Origin: Pecten maximus
Taxonomy: Eukaryota
Assembly: GCF_902652985.1 (NCBI RefSeq)
Contig: NC_047016.1
Coordinates: forward strand, 31,310,001 to 31,374,000
DNA: 64,000 nt
Direction of reading: 5' to 3'
The notes below the pieces were generated by a model. It was not told where the DNA came from. It was given only the letters and a program-made list of their open reading frames with translations, and searched no databases. Numbering within the stretch: the stretch's first letter is position 1; every line of letters starts with the position of its first letter. Shown here piece after piece: positions 25,538-38,600 of the stretch. Both the position numbers and the translations under genes were made by a program.

Positions 25538-28500
25538 AAAACTACGGTATATAATCGATATAATTACGGTATAATACTACGGTATATAATTTATATAGTT
25601 ACGGTATAATACTACGGTATATAATCGATATAATTACGGTATAATACTACGGTATATAATCGATATAATTACGGTATAATACTACGGTATATAATCGATA
25701 TAATTACGGTATAATACTACGGTTTATTACATTTTTACCAGTGAAATATCAAAAATTATTCATTCTATATAATCGATATAATTACGGTATAATACTACGG
25801 TATATAATTTATATAGTTACGGTATAATACTACGGTATATAATTTATATAGTTACAGTATATTACTACACGGTATAATTGATATAATTACGGTATATAAT
25901 TGATATAGTTACAGTATAATACTACGGTATATAATTGATATAATTACGGTATAATACTATGGAATATAATTTATATAGTTTCGGTATAATACTCAGTATT
26001 TCATTGTTATAGTTACGGTATAATGATACAATTTTTTATTGGTTGTATTATTTCGTTACAACTTGTTACAACCGTTAACTCTCATGGCGTTCTGATGACG
26101 TCACCACGTAGCCAGTTGATAGGAAATAATATCCCAACGGAAGTTAAATTGTAATACATGTATGTGAACTGCCACTATAGGTTTCGTGCGAATTTTGAGG
26201 CTGCACAAAATCCTTCAAACCCCACGCGAAGAATATACATGTATAACCAGAATTTTTTAAAAAAAGATCGACTCCTCAATTTAAATAAGGATCACTATTG
26301 ACATCCTCTAATTTTAGAACACGGCTCAAATATTAAGATCCCCGACTATTCAAATATCGACATCCTCATTTTCATTTTTAGAAAGGTCGACTCCTTAAAT
26401 ATTGACAACCTCAAATATTGATATACTCAGATTTTAAAAAGTGATTTTAATTGATAATACCAATTTTGATGGCATGAGTTTTACGTGTACGTGTACCGTG
26501 TTATTTACTATTTGAAATATGCCTTAGAGTATGTCTTTAATATTTGTCCGCATTCTATTGTATAATTTTGTTCGTATAAATGTGAGGAAAATGTAGTCGG
26601 TAAACCAGTTTACACTGCACACGCACATGTATGCTTAGTATTTTTCAAAGATAGGATTTTATTGAGTGGTGCTTTTCCAGTCGATTCATTGCTCTTCTGT
26701 TTTTGTTCCATTCTCGGTTTCTTTTTCAGACTAGTTTTTATCTGTAAAACCATGCAATACTCGTCGTAAAAGAGAGGGGAACTATATTCTATAAATTTGC
26801 TTTTACTTTTTTTTTCTGATTGCACCACACGATGCCGGAGTAATAACTTATGCACGTCACTGTGGATCAAAAATGTTTTATGTTTGTTAAAAGTATTTAT
26901 CTCGTTGATTTCGTTTCGTTTCTTACATTTATTTTCGTTTCTTTTAGAGATCAAGAGTCATTATAGAACAAGAGGCCAGCGAAGGGGAGGATTCTGTTTT
27001 TATATAAGAAGACGATCAAAGAATGCTTCTCGCCCACACAACAAGCGTCCTGCGAATTAGGGAGCCACCTTAGAGAAAAACTATTCATGAACACTGATGT
27101 GTCTTGTATCAATGTATATCTACTTAAATATCAGGAAAGACTGCGGGGCCCACTATGGGGTAATTATAGTGTTTTGTACTATTGCACTGCTTGGCGAGCC
27201 TGGATGTGTTGACTAATTACGAGCTTTGATGAGGGGCTCCACACAGGGTCATACTATCTCAAGTCAAATAATATATTATTCACATACGAGTTTTATTGCA
27301 TCATTTTGATGATATGGACTCTCCTGATTGATACTTCCGGTGTTATCAATATAACGATGTGTACTTTCCCAAGTAACTACGTAATACTAGCAGATTCCTA
27401 TTTTTTCTCATTTGTGATTTCTGAAATATAATCCTACGCGCGTACCATTTTTGTATTTCAAATCTATATTTTCTCTATATATGTGTATTATAAGACAGAT
27501 AACATTTAGACAACAGTAGATTCATTCCAATCTTTGTACCATATAATGTAAACGGATCACAGGATTATCGTTAATTACTTCTAGGTAGTAAGTTATGTTT
27601 CAGATATGTGAATATCACCCATTCATTGCCACAACAGACAAACGTTATGTTTACCAATTTTTTTATTAGATTTAAAAAATAAAGGAAACAATGTTGATTG
27701 GCTTATCATAAAGGTCTGCCTTATCTGAAACCCTGTACTTTTATCATGTCTATGCAGTTAGCCGTGTCCATGGAAACAAGAAAACAAAGAAGTGCTTGAA
27801 AGAGATAAGTTAATACATCGTATGGCTTCATTTGTAAATATTATACACAGACCGTAGAACTTGATTAAAACGGCACATATTTTGACCTGAGTAGGAATGG
27901 AAGATGTACGAGTTTAACATGTTGAAAAAGAATAATTTGGTAAAACGTCGATACGATTTTCCATTGACATCCTACACATAACACATAGTTGTATAATACT
28001 CCAGTTTTAATGTAGAACGTATCTCAAAAAAATATTTTAATGTTTCAAAATATTTCCCGTAAGATTCGTTTCTGAATTTCATCATAAAAGAGCGAATGAA
28101 TATCAAAATATCTAAATGTACATGAAACGATATAATTAAAACTCATATTTCTCCTTAATTGCGAGATGATATTTAAGCCCATTCCCCATAAAACTGTAAA
28201 TATAGCTTTCCATAATCCACTTGAAATTAGGAAATCAATTTAAAGCTTGGCTTGCGATAAGTAAAATGACTATAATGTCACTAAGATAAAGCGGATGTAT
28301 AAAGTTATTGTACCTTGTTACGACTTCTGTGGTCAGTATGGCGTACGGTGAATAGGAAGAAAGATAGTTCTGCATACGTCGAGATCGGCGACAAATATGG
28401 ATGTATGGGTTATCTCCCTTCGTTTGTTGGCTAGGTGAACGCCCTGTGAGAGAGTCCTATACTGGTATGTTGCCAATTCCTCCCACGTGGTTATAAATAT

Positions 28501-29109
28501 CTATTGTTTACTTTATTAATTGTGGATCAACTTTTATTTTATTTATTTACGTGGCGACATCAGTTCCATGGCTGTCTTTATATTAACGTGTGTGTGTACT
28601 TTGACGACATAATAGTATCTATAAATATCAATCAGGGCGACCTCCCTTATGTGGCGCGTTCGGTTATGTACGATTTTAGTTGTTAATTGAATAATTATAA
28701 AACGCCTGATTCGATGATATGTGTACTGCAACCATTCTAACCGTGCCGTCCATGTAAAAGAGGGTCTCAACTGGTTGTCTAATGAATAGAATAGTGTTCA
28801 TCCCTGATATTGATATCCTAAAGTCACTGAATTTGTAAAATACGTTTGAAATGTATACATCGTGTGTGTGGATTATTGCAATAACTGTTAATTATAATAA
28901 AAATGATAAAAATCTTGAATAAAATAAAACGAATTTTTACATATATAAATATATGCGAGGCTTTTTTTATTTGTATGCTATGAGTGTCAGTAATCCATTG
29001 CTCAATTCTTTACTGATATCCCTTCAACTACAAAACGACATATTTTAGTCCTCGGGAGAAAAAGACATCTTAAGATTTTTCAATACTTGGAGATTATCAC
29101 TTTGAATGT

Positions 29110-29758
29110 GGTACACCATGGTTCTCAAAAAAGACTTACGTAGTACACCATGGCTCTCAAAAAAGACTTACGTAGTACACCATGGCTCTCAAAAAAGAAT
29201 TACGTAGTACACCATGGTTCTTACGAGACTTACGTAGTACACCATGGCTCTCAAAAAAGACTTACGTAGTACACCATGGTTCTCAAAAAGAATTACGTAG
29301 TACACCATGGTTCTTAAAAAGACTTACGTGGTACACCATGGTTCTTAAAAAGACTTACGTAGTACACCATGGTTCTTAAAAAAGAATTACGTAGTACACC
29401 ATGGTTCTCAAAAAAGACTTACGTAGTACACAATGGTTCTTAAAAAGAATTACGTAGTACACCATGGTTCTCAAAAAAGACTTACGTAGTACACAATGGT
29501 TCTTAAAAAGACTTACGTAGTACACCATGGTTCTTAAAAAAGAATTACGTAGTACACCATGGTTCTCAAAAAAGACTTACGTAGTACACAATGGTTCTTA
29601 AAAAGACTTACGTAGTACACCATGTTCCTCAAAAAGACTTACGTAGTGCATGGTTAGCAAAAAGACTTACGTAGTACACAATGGTTCTTAAAAGACTTAC
29701 GTAGTACACCAAGGTTATTAAAAAGACTTACGTAGTACACCATGGTTATCAAAAAGAC
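29110..29758. repeat. Minisatellite, 31-32-bp unit TAGTACACCATGGTTCTCAAAAAAGACTTACG, ~20 copies
   Basis: Units begin at 29141, 29173 and onward. They are head-to-tail with no unique spacers. Confidence 0.96.
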
Positions 29759-30219
29759 TGGGCTATTTCAATGTTTTTTTATAGATCTACATTTTCTTAA
29801 AAACAAGATGAGCACCACAGGCCCTTTTGGTCTAAAGCTTTCTTCAATTTGATTAGCCATAGACACACAATAAATATTGTCAATGGAACCCCGTGGGTGA
29901 TCACAAGAACGATACGTCAACCATGAAGGAATATCGAGAAACCTAAAGTGTATGTCGTTCTGTCTTGAACAAATACATAGATATATACTAAGTGGATGAT
30001 TCAGGCCCATTGCGCCTCTTTTTTTTTTAAAGTTTTAGACTCATTTTACTGCGGCTATCAAACCAATATTTTTTTATTATCCTTCATAGTCCTTTATTCC
30101 ATTGTATTAGTACGTAACTATTGCCTGGCCGTCTTCAGATGATATATATATATGGCAATTACATTTACATTGACCAGGAACCTAATATATGTCCAGTATC
30201 GTACCAAATTATAACATCA

Positions 30220-30570
30220 GACAGTATAATATGACCGGATGAGGTGTCCTGCTGGATGTCTTTGGCAATATGATTCCGTGAGATCGCACTATATAGTCGG
30301 TATTATTTTTACACTTTTCAGAGTGAAATTATAAACTTAATACAAGTCAATGTAATCGGATGAGGTACCCTGCTTGGTGTCTTCAGCAGTATGCTTCAGT
30401 AGGACAGCACTATAAAGTTCGTTTCAGTTCCGCGCTATCACAACGGGACAAACACAAACATACTGCAGCCTCACTAAACACACGCACTCACTACACGCAT
30501 GTATGTCCGCACGGAGAGGACATCCTTAAATGACTATAACTATTGATAAGGCGTTACAAAACCAATCACT
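30220..30570 (+). mobile_element. Two adjacent 5'-truncated fragments of the Meta/MESC-like SINE (30220-30300; 30345-30570)
   Basis: Colinear with the reverse complement of 38190-38430, e.g. GGTGTCTTC(A/G)GCAGTATGCTTCAGT, AGCACTATAAA and the TCCTTAAA...CGTTA tail. Confidence 0.85.
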
Positions 30571-31105
30571 AAAGACGTAGTATAGTTACACAAAGAGACC
30601 TATTTTAGTTACATTATTTCTATTTTAGTTTAGTTAAATGAGTAAACAATAATAGCCTGCTCTATTCTGACCACCCCGGTTCTCAGTTTGAGGACGTGAC
30701 ATAACCTGACGTAGATTTGTATGGCGGGATGTTGTCGATGAAGGGACAACTGTAATGTAAGGAATTTAAGGAACGTTGACTAAAACTGATCCTGTTTTCA
30801 TTTATCATTTTCAGGAGTCTCATACGCATTACTCTCGTTTGATCGATTTTGAGTTAGAATCACGGTTTTGTAATCATATCGAGGTTCTGTTTTATGTTTT
30901 CAGATGCAGCATTTAAGTAGTTGATTTGTAACGTAATCAGTTTTGCGAATCTGATACGTATACAAAGAGGTAACACGCAAAGCATTGCAATGGTGTGATA
31001 TAGTCCGATGACGTAAGAACCCCAGGTAATCCTAAGACCTCGTAATTCCTCTTAAAATACGACTGAACGAATGTTAACTCTTCCGCACCTAGTTGTGTCT
31101 AAGTT

Positions 31106-31320
31106 CAATCTAATCAAAAAAATAGACTTGTAATTTCCGCTCCTCTACGATACTCTACGATACACTGACCAATGAAAACTGTTTAATGACGTCATTAATC
31201 AACCGATAACAAATAGTCTTATACGAACCTTCGATTGCGTCTCCTTGATATTGACGACTCAATTCTGCGCTTGATATGAAATACATGTACGTAAACGTTC
31301 ACAAACATAACTGGTAGACT
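31106..31320 (-). mobile_element. Diverged partial copy of the right end of the 24687-25537 TIR element
   Basis: Begins CAATCTAATCAAAAAAATAGACTTGTAATTTCCG and continues as the reverse complement of 25275-25420 (CCTTCGATTGCGTCTCCTT vs AAGGAGACGCAACCGAAGG), with an internal deletion. Confidence 0.85.
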
Positions 31321-32619
31321 GTCTTAATTGGCACCGTAAATGTCAGCAACTCAGGTTGTAGAACTCGAATAACCCACCGTGGTACAATATAAACTCAATT
31401 GTTCGTGTGCAAAAGTCTTCGGTTTTTCACTTTACACCAGATAAAAAAAAATTATAATTCTTTTATTTTTTGAAGATTTTCACATATTAAAACAATAGAT
31501 ATGGATGACAAAAATAAAAAAAACAAGACAAAGAAAAAACATACATACACACACTCTTACACATACATGTTGTGATGATCATCATCATCATATCATCTTC
31601 ATCATGTATCATATAAGTAAACATGCTACACCAGATAAAATGGTTTCCTTCATAGTTTTGGTGTTATTTCATATGTTTGTATTCGTTTCTCGGCAATTAA
31701 AACTATGCAGCCGTAATATAAATGAATAAATCTTATTTTACAACCGTTGTGAAACAAGTTTTAACAATCAGTCTTGTTTGTTTGGAAACCCAGGAAGAGA
31801 CGATCTAAAAACAGTATGTGGCACAAGGAGTATAGTATCGAATACCATACTTTTTTTTTATTGTTCCTCGACAGTTGAAGTCATTTTTTTCCAGTGTTTT
31901 CTAGTGTGTGATGTTTAATGGATAGTATTTCGGAACAATGAATTCGCCAAGGAATAGACACCACTGGGTACCTATCCTGGTATGGACGTGATGACCTTCA
32001 CCCCTGCTCCTATTGATGTTGGTGTTAGCCTTTTGCCTCTCTCGGCAGACTGATACAATACCACCACGAGACCAGTGCTCCAATCACCCGTCTCGTATTA
32101 TACACAACCACCCACATAATAGTAGTCCATCGCCTATCAATTATTGTAAAGATGATTGAATTAATAATGACTTAGAAAGTATAACAAGTTGGCAGAGTGC
32201 GATCAAACAACTCAGCGCCACTTCAGTCGCGCCATCACGCGAGCTTCAAAGCTATGCGTGAAGGTGTCACCCCGACAAAGGGCGTCCAGCTACGCTTTAC
32301 GTAGAGATAAATACCTCCCTAGTGATCCGGACGGACGCGTATGGACCTTTCCAATGTTCAGGCGTGCACTATTTACCACCTCACTTAATGACGCGTTACA
32401 GTACGCGTTCGGATAGCCAGTGTTGAGCCAGATATGTGTTTACCAAAATGACCTCCGCCATTCTTTCAATAAAAGATTAATTACTGTCAGATAATTGATC
32501 GAATCTATGGAACATAAACTTTATTATTTTGACTATGATTAAGGTATCAATCTGGTAAAATCCCACCAGTTTTCCTTCCAATTTGGTGATTAAGACTTTA
32601 TCATTTAAGGACGGCCTCT

Positions 32620-35600
32620 ATTGCGCAGTAGATACATGGTATATACATATATGTAGAGGCTGATGGTAGATATTTAAATGTAGACGGTAGAGGCCAATAG
32701 TAAAGACAAATAGTAGGGATGGATGGTATAGGTAGATAGTAAATTTTGGATATGGTAGAGGTGGTAGGTGAAGCAATATATTAGAGGTAGATGGTAGATT
32801 GTAAATGGTTGATAAGTATATGTAGGGGTAGATGGTAGATGTAGGGGTAGATGGTAGATGTAGAGGTATATGTAGGGGTAGATGTAGGGGTAGATGGTAG
32901 ATGTAGAGGTAGATGGTAGATGTTGGGGTATATGTAGGGGTAGATGTAGGGGTAGATGGTAGATGTAGAGGTAGATGGTAGATGTAGAGGTAGATGGTAG
33001 ATGTAAATGGTTGATAAGTATATGTAGGGGTAGATGGTAGATGTAGGGGTAGATGTAGGGGTAGATGGTAGATGTAGGGGTAAATGGTAGATGTTGGGGT
33101 AGATGTAGGGGTATATGGTAGATGTAGAGGTATATGTAGGGGTAGATGTAGGGGTAGATGGTAGATGTAGGGGTAGATAGTAGATGTAGTGGTAGATAGT
33201 AGATGTAGAGGTAGATGGTAGATGGTAGATGTAGGGGTAGATGTAGGGGTAGATGGTAGATGTAGGGGTAGATGTAGGGGTAGATGGTAGATGGTAGATG
33301 TAGGGGTAGATGGTAGATGGTAGATGTAGGGGTAGATGGTAGATGGTAGATGTAGGGGTAGATGTAGGGGTAGATGTAGGGGTAGATGGTAGATGGTAGA
33401 TGTAGGGGTAGATGGTAGATGGTAGATGTAGGGGTAGATGGTAGATGGTAGATGTAGATGTAGGGGTAGATGTAGGGGTAGATGGTAGATGGTAGATGTA
33501 GGGGTAGATATAGGGGTAGATGTAGATGGTAGATGTAGGGGTAGATGGTAGATGTAGATGGTAGATGTAGATGTAGATGTAGATGGTAGATGTAGGGGTA
33601 AATGGTACATGTAGGGGTAGATGGTAGATGGTAGATGTAGAGGTAGATGTAGGGGTATATGGTAGATGGTAGATGGTAGATGTAGAGGTATATGGTAGAT
33701 GTAGAGGTAGATGTAGGGGTATATGGTAGATGGTAGATGGTAGATGTAGAGGTATATGGTAGATGTAGAGGTAGATGTAGGGGTATATGGTAGATGTAGG
33801 GGTAGATGGTAGATGTAGGGGTATATGGTAGATGTAGTGGTAGATGGTAGATGTAGGGGTAGATGGTATATGTAGGGGTATATGGTAGATGTAGTGGTAG
33901 ATGGTAGATGTAGGGGTAGATGGTAGATGTAGGGTTATGGTGTGTATGGTTGGTTTGTGGGGTTTGGTATGTGGGTGTGGTGGTGTGGGGTTGAGGGTGA
34001 TGGTGATGTATATGGGTGTGTAGGGGTAGATGGTAGATGTAGGGGTTTAGGGTGATGTGGGGGTTTAATGGTATGGTAGGGGTAGTTTGGTTAGATGTAG
34101 GGGTGATTGGGGTTTTGGGTAGATGTGGGGTTGATGTTGTGGGGGTAAATGGTCTGTGTGGTGGGGTGGGTAGATGGTGCTGTCGGGGTTTGTGGGTCGG
34201 GTGGGGTGGGGTGGGGTGGGTGGGGTGATGGTGTGTGGGTGATGGTGTGTGGGGTTTGGTGGGGTGATGGTGTGTAGGGGTGTGTGGGGTGTGGTGGTGG
34301 GGTGGCGTGGTCTACGGTTTGATGTTGGTTCGTTGGGGTAGTTGTTGTGTGTGGGGTTGGTCTGTGGGTAGATAGGTAGGGTGTGTGGGAGTGTGATGTC
34401 GTTTGTTGATGATGGATGTGGGCTCTGGTAGTGTGGGGTATTGGGTAATAGGGGCTTGAAGTAGCAATGTAGTCGAATGGGTAGTGTATGAGGGTGATTG
34501 TTGTTATGTGGTGTGTGGTGTGGGTATGTGGTTGGGATGTGGGGTGTGTTGTTTGTGTGTGTGGATGTTGGTGTTCGTTAGGTGAGTAATTCGGAATGTA
34601 GGGGTCTGGTACGTTAAAGTAGCGTAGAGGTTCGTTCCGATCTGTCGCATGTCAGTAGTCAATAGGTTGAATGGTCGCTCTACGGTCATGTAGGGTCGCT
34701 GACCAGTGAAAAGGTGGTTTATGGTCGTTAGGAAACGGACATTCTGATACACTTCGATGCGTTCCTTAGATTGGGTCTCATGCGCTGAATGGATAATGCT
34801 AGAGTTCCAATGACTGTAGACTGTTAATTGGTAAGTAGCAACTCGGTGTGAACTGGAATAACCCGGTAGATTAACGTAGTGTCGTGTGATAGGGTCTTCG
34901 TTTGTTCCTGACACCGTAGAAGAGATTATGTTTAGGTTTGAAGTTCGTAGTTAAGACATAATTGACAAATACAGATCAGACGATGAGACTGTAGATGCGG
35001 GCACTTACGTGACTGTGTGTGTGTATGATCTGCATTCGTGTCATGCTGTGTTCATGTACGTCCCGATGGTAATGGTGTCTCATGTTTGGGGTTATTATAT
35101 GTGATTTCGGAATGTAGACTGTGCGGCCGTGATCTAATTAGGGGTCATGTATTTAGCTTGTTGTAATTGTTAAGTCCTACTTTCGTTGACAGGTAGGACG
35201 CACTCAGTCGTGGCACATGGTAGTTGAGTGATGTACTGTGTTATTTTGAGGCGTTGGAGTATTTTTCAGTGTTCCAGTGTGATGTGTAACTTGCGATTTA
35301 ACATGTCCCTAAGGAATCCGAAGACACCCTGAGACCTTCCTGGTCCTGACTGACACTCACCGGCACCTCTTGTCGCGTATCCTTTTGCGCTTCGCAGTGA
35401 GCAATACCATCTCGAGACTCTGGAGTCCGCTCGGGGATATAACCACAAATGTACTCCATCGCATCAATATTGCTAAATGGATAATACGTAGATTGTCAAG
35501 GAGTGACATAGGAGACAAAATTCAGGCGAACGTTCATCGCCAATAGGTCGCTCTTAAGGTTCACGGGAAAGCGTAATTCGCCTCTACGCAGGCTTGTCGC

Positions 35601-38600
35601 GTGGGGGTGGTAGTGTGGGTAATGTTTAGGCGTGTAATTACCTATTAATGAGTAAGTAGCGTTTGGTAGAGGAGAGATTGTAGATTGTCAGTATGAGCAC
35701 GCATTATAGAGTAGTTGTAGATAATTGATGAATTAGGTAGAATTAGTGACTAGATTAAGGTTATGGTAAACCGTTCTTCCAGAGGGAAGATGTAATTTAA
35801 GAGGGCTATGGATGATGTACATATATGGGTATGGTATGTAGAGTTAAGTAGACGTAGGGGTCAATGGTAGACTGTAGGGATTAAGGTAGATGTAGTTGGA
35901 TGGTAGATGTAGGGGGAAATTGGTTAGAGTAGGGTAGATGTAGATGTTGATAGATTATAGTAGGGGTAGATGGTAGATGTAGATGGTAGATGGTAGATGG
36001 TAGATGTAGGGGTATATGGTAGATGTAGAGGTAGATGTAGGGGTATGTGTGGGTATGTAATGGGGTGTGGTGAGGTAGCTGGTGATGTAGAGGTCGATGG
36101 TAGATGGGGGTAGCTGGTGTGTGTGATGGTGTGTAGGGGTGATGGTTGTAGGGGTGTTAGGTGGTAGGTGTAGGGTAGTGTGGGTCGCTGATGTAGGGGT
36201 ACTGGTGATAGGTAGTGGTAGATGTAGGGGTAATGGGATGTCGGGTAGATGTAGAGTAGGGAGTGGTAGAGTAGGGGTAGATGGGTCGTGTGGGTATATG
36301 TGTAGATGTAGAGGTAGATGGGTGTAGTGTAGGGTAGATGTGGGTAGGTAGATGTAGGGGTAGTTAGGGGGTGTGGGTAGATTGTAGATGTAGGGTGATG
36401 TGGGTAGCGGGTCGGGTAGATGTAGGTAGGGGTAGATGGTCGTGGTGTAGGGTGTGTGTAGGGGTGTTAGGGTAGGGGTCGGGTAGTGGATGTCGGGGTA
36501 GATGGTAGATGTAGGGTAGGTGTGGTGTGTCGTGGTCGATGTCGGGTGTGTGGGGGTGGTATGTAGAGGTGTGGGTGTAGGGGTCTGGTGATGGTGGTAG
36601 GGTTATGTAGGGGTGCTGGTCGATGTGGGTCTGGTGATGTAGGGGTGTCTAGGGTGGTCGGGTCTAGTGGGGTAGTGGTGATGGGTCGATGGTCGAGGTG
36701 AGGTGTGTAGTGGTCGTGGTCGTGTCGTGTGTGGTTGTGGGGTGGTGCTGTCGGGTCAGTGGTTGTGGGTATGGTGTGTAGGGTCGTGTAGTGTGGGTTA
36801 TGGTGATGGGGTCTGGTAGCTGGGGTGCTGTTGTGTGGGGTCATGGTGTGTAGGGGTTCTGGTAGACTGTGGGTAGTGGTGTTGGGTGATGGTAATGTAG
36901 GGGTAGTGTCATGGTCGTGGTAGGTTGTGGGGTGTGTGTCGGTTGGGTCGATGGTGTGTGGGGGAGGTTGTGTTGGGTAGATGGGGTTGTCGTTGTGGGG
37001 TCTGTGGTGATGTAGGTGTGTTGTGTGGTAGGGTGGGCTTAGGGGTAGTGTGGGGGTCCTGGTCAGCTGTGGGGTCGCTGGTCGTGTCGGGTCGGCTGGT
37101 CTGGTGTGTTGGTCTTGGGGGTGAGTGGTCGTGGGTCTGGTCGGTGGGGTGCTGGGTCGGGGCTGGGTACGTGTATGGTGTGGTGCTGTGGGGTGCTTAT
37201 TGTCGGGGTCTGGTGCGTGTGGTGCTGTGCTGGGGTTCATGTGCTGTGGGGTGTGGTGTGTGGGTGATGGTCGATGTAGGGGTGTGGTGTCGGGGTCTTG
37301 GTGTTGGGGTAGCTGGTGTGGGGTACTGGTCGTGTCGGGTAGATGTGTGGTTTGTGGGGTAGGTGTTGGGGTAGTGTCGGGGGGTGATGGTCTCTGTAGG
37401 GGTCTGGTAGTGGGGGTGGGGGTTTGGTCGATGTGGGTAGATGGTGTGGTCGCTGGTCGATGTCGGGTGGTTGTGTCGGGGTAGACTGGTCGAGTCTAGG
37501 TCGGGTAGTGTCGGGTCGTGTAGTGGGTGTGTGTAGGGGTCGTGGGGTGTGGGGTGTGTGGTAGTGTAGGGGTGCTGGTAGTGTCGGGGGTAGCTGGTGG
37601 TGGGGTAGTTGGGGTGTGTGGGTGCTGGTGTGTAGATGGTGTGTGGGTCTTGGTGATGTCGGGTCTATGGTGTGTGGGGTCTGGTAGTGTAGGGGTTATG
37701 TGGGGTCGTGGTAGATGGTAGGTTCAGGGTCGCTGGTCGAGTAGGGGTGAGGGTAGATGGTGTGGGGTGTGGTGGTGTCGGGGTGTGGTGTGTTCGGGTA
37801 TGTAGGGGTAGTGTAGGGTGTGGGGTACGGTGCTAGTGGTCGTGTACGGGGTCTCTGGTCGATGTAGGGGTCTCGTGGTGATGTGGGGTGGTGTGTGCTG
37901 TCGGGTACTGGGGGTAGGGTAGGGTAGATGGTAGGGTCGGTATGGGTGTGTGTGTGCTGGTGTGTGGGGTCGTGGTCGAGTCGGGGTGTCTTGGGTGCGT
38001 GGGTAGATGGTACAGTAGGGGTCATGGTGCTGTCGGGTCCTGGTCGTGTGGGTAGGGTGATTCGGGTATATGGTTGGGGGTGTTGGTGATTGCGTGGGTG
38101 TGGTGACTGTAGGGCGTGGTGTGGTCTGTGGGGTAGGTCGGGGTATATGGGGTGTGGGTGTTAGGGTGGGGTTGTAGTCGTGGGTAGTGTGGTTGTTTGG
38201 TTTGTTTTTTGTTTACGTCCTATTTCCAGCTATTCCTTTAAGGACGGCCTCCCGTGCGTGCGACATGCGCGTGTGGTGATGTGTATGTGTATTTTGGGAG
38301 GCTGCGGTATGTTCGTGTTAAGTCTCCTTGTGATAGGCCGGAACTTTTGCCGATTTATAGTGCTACCTCACTGAAGCATACTGCCGAAGACACCCAGCAG
38401 CACACCCCACCCGGTCACATTATACTGACAACGGGCAAACCAGTCGTCGCACTCCAATATGCTGAGCGCTAAGCAGGAGTAGCAACTACCATTTTTAAAG
38501 ACTCTGGTATGTCTCGGCTAGGGGACAGAACCCAAAGCCTTCCTCACAGCGGCGAACGCTCAACTAAAGGCCAAACGTGAGGCATTGTCAAGGGAGACAT

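Larger units (their letters stand above)
24180..26030. repeat. Minisatellite, 35-bp unit TACGGTATAATACTACGGTATATAATCGATATAAT, interrupted by a TIR element
   Basis: Visible periodicity on both sides of 24687-25537. Confidence 0.93.

Noticed and set aside
29110-29758. CRISPR-like array (32-bp periodic repeats with internal palindromes CCATGG and TACGTA)
   Set aside because: Units are head-to-tail without unique spacers, there are no cas genes and the context is eukaryotic, so this is an ordinary minisatellite.
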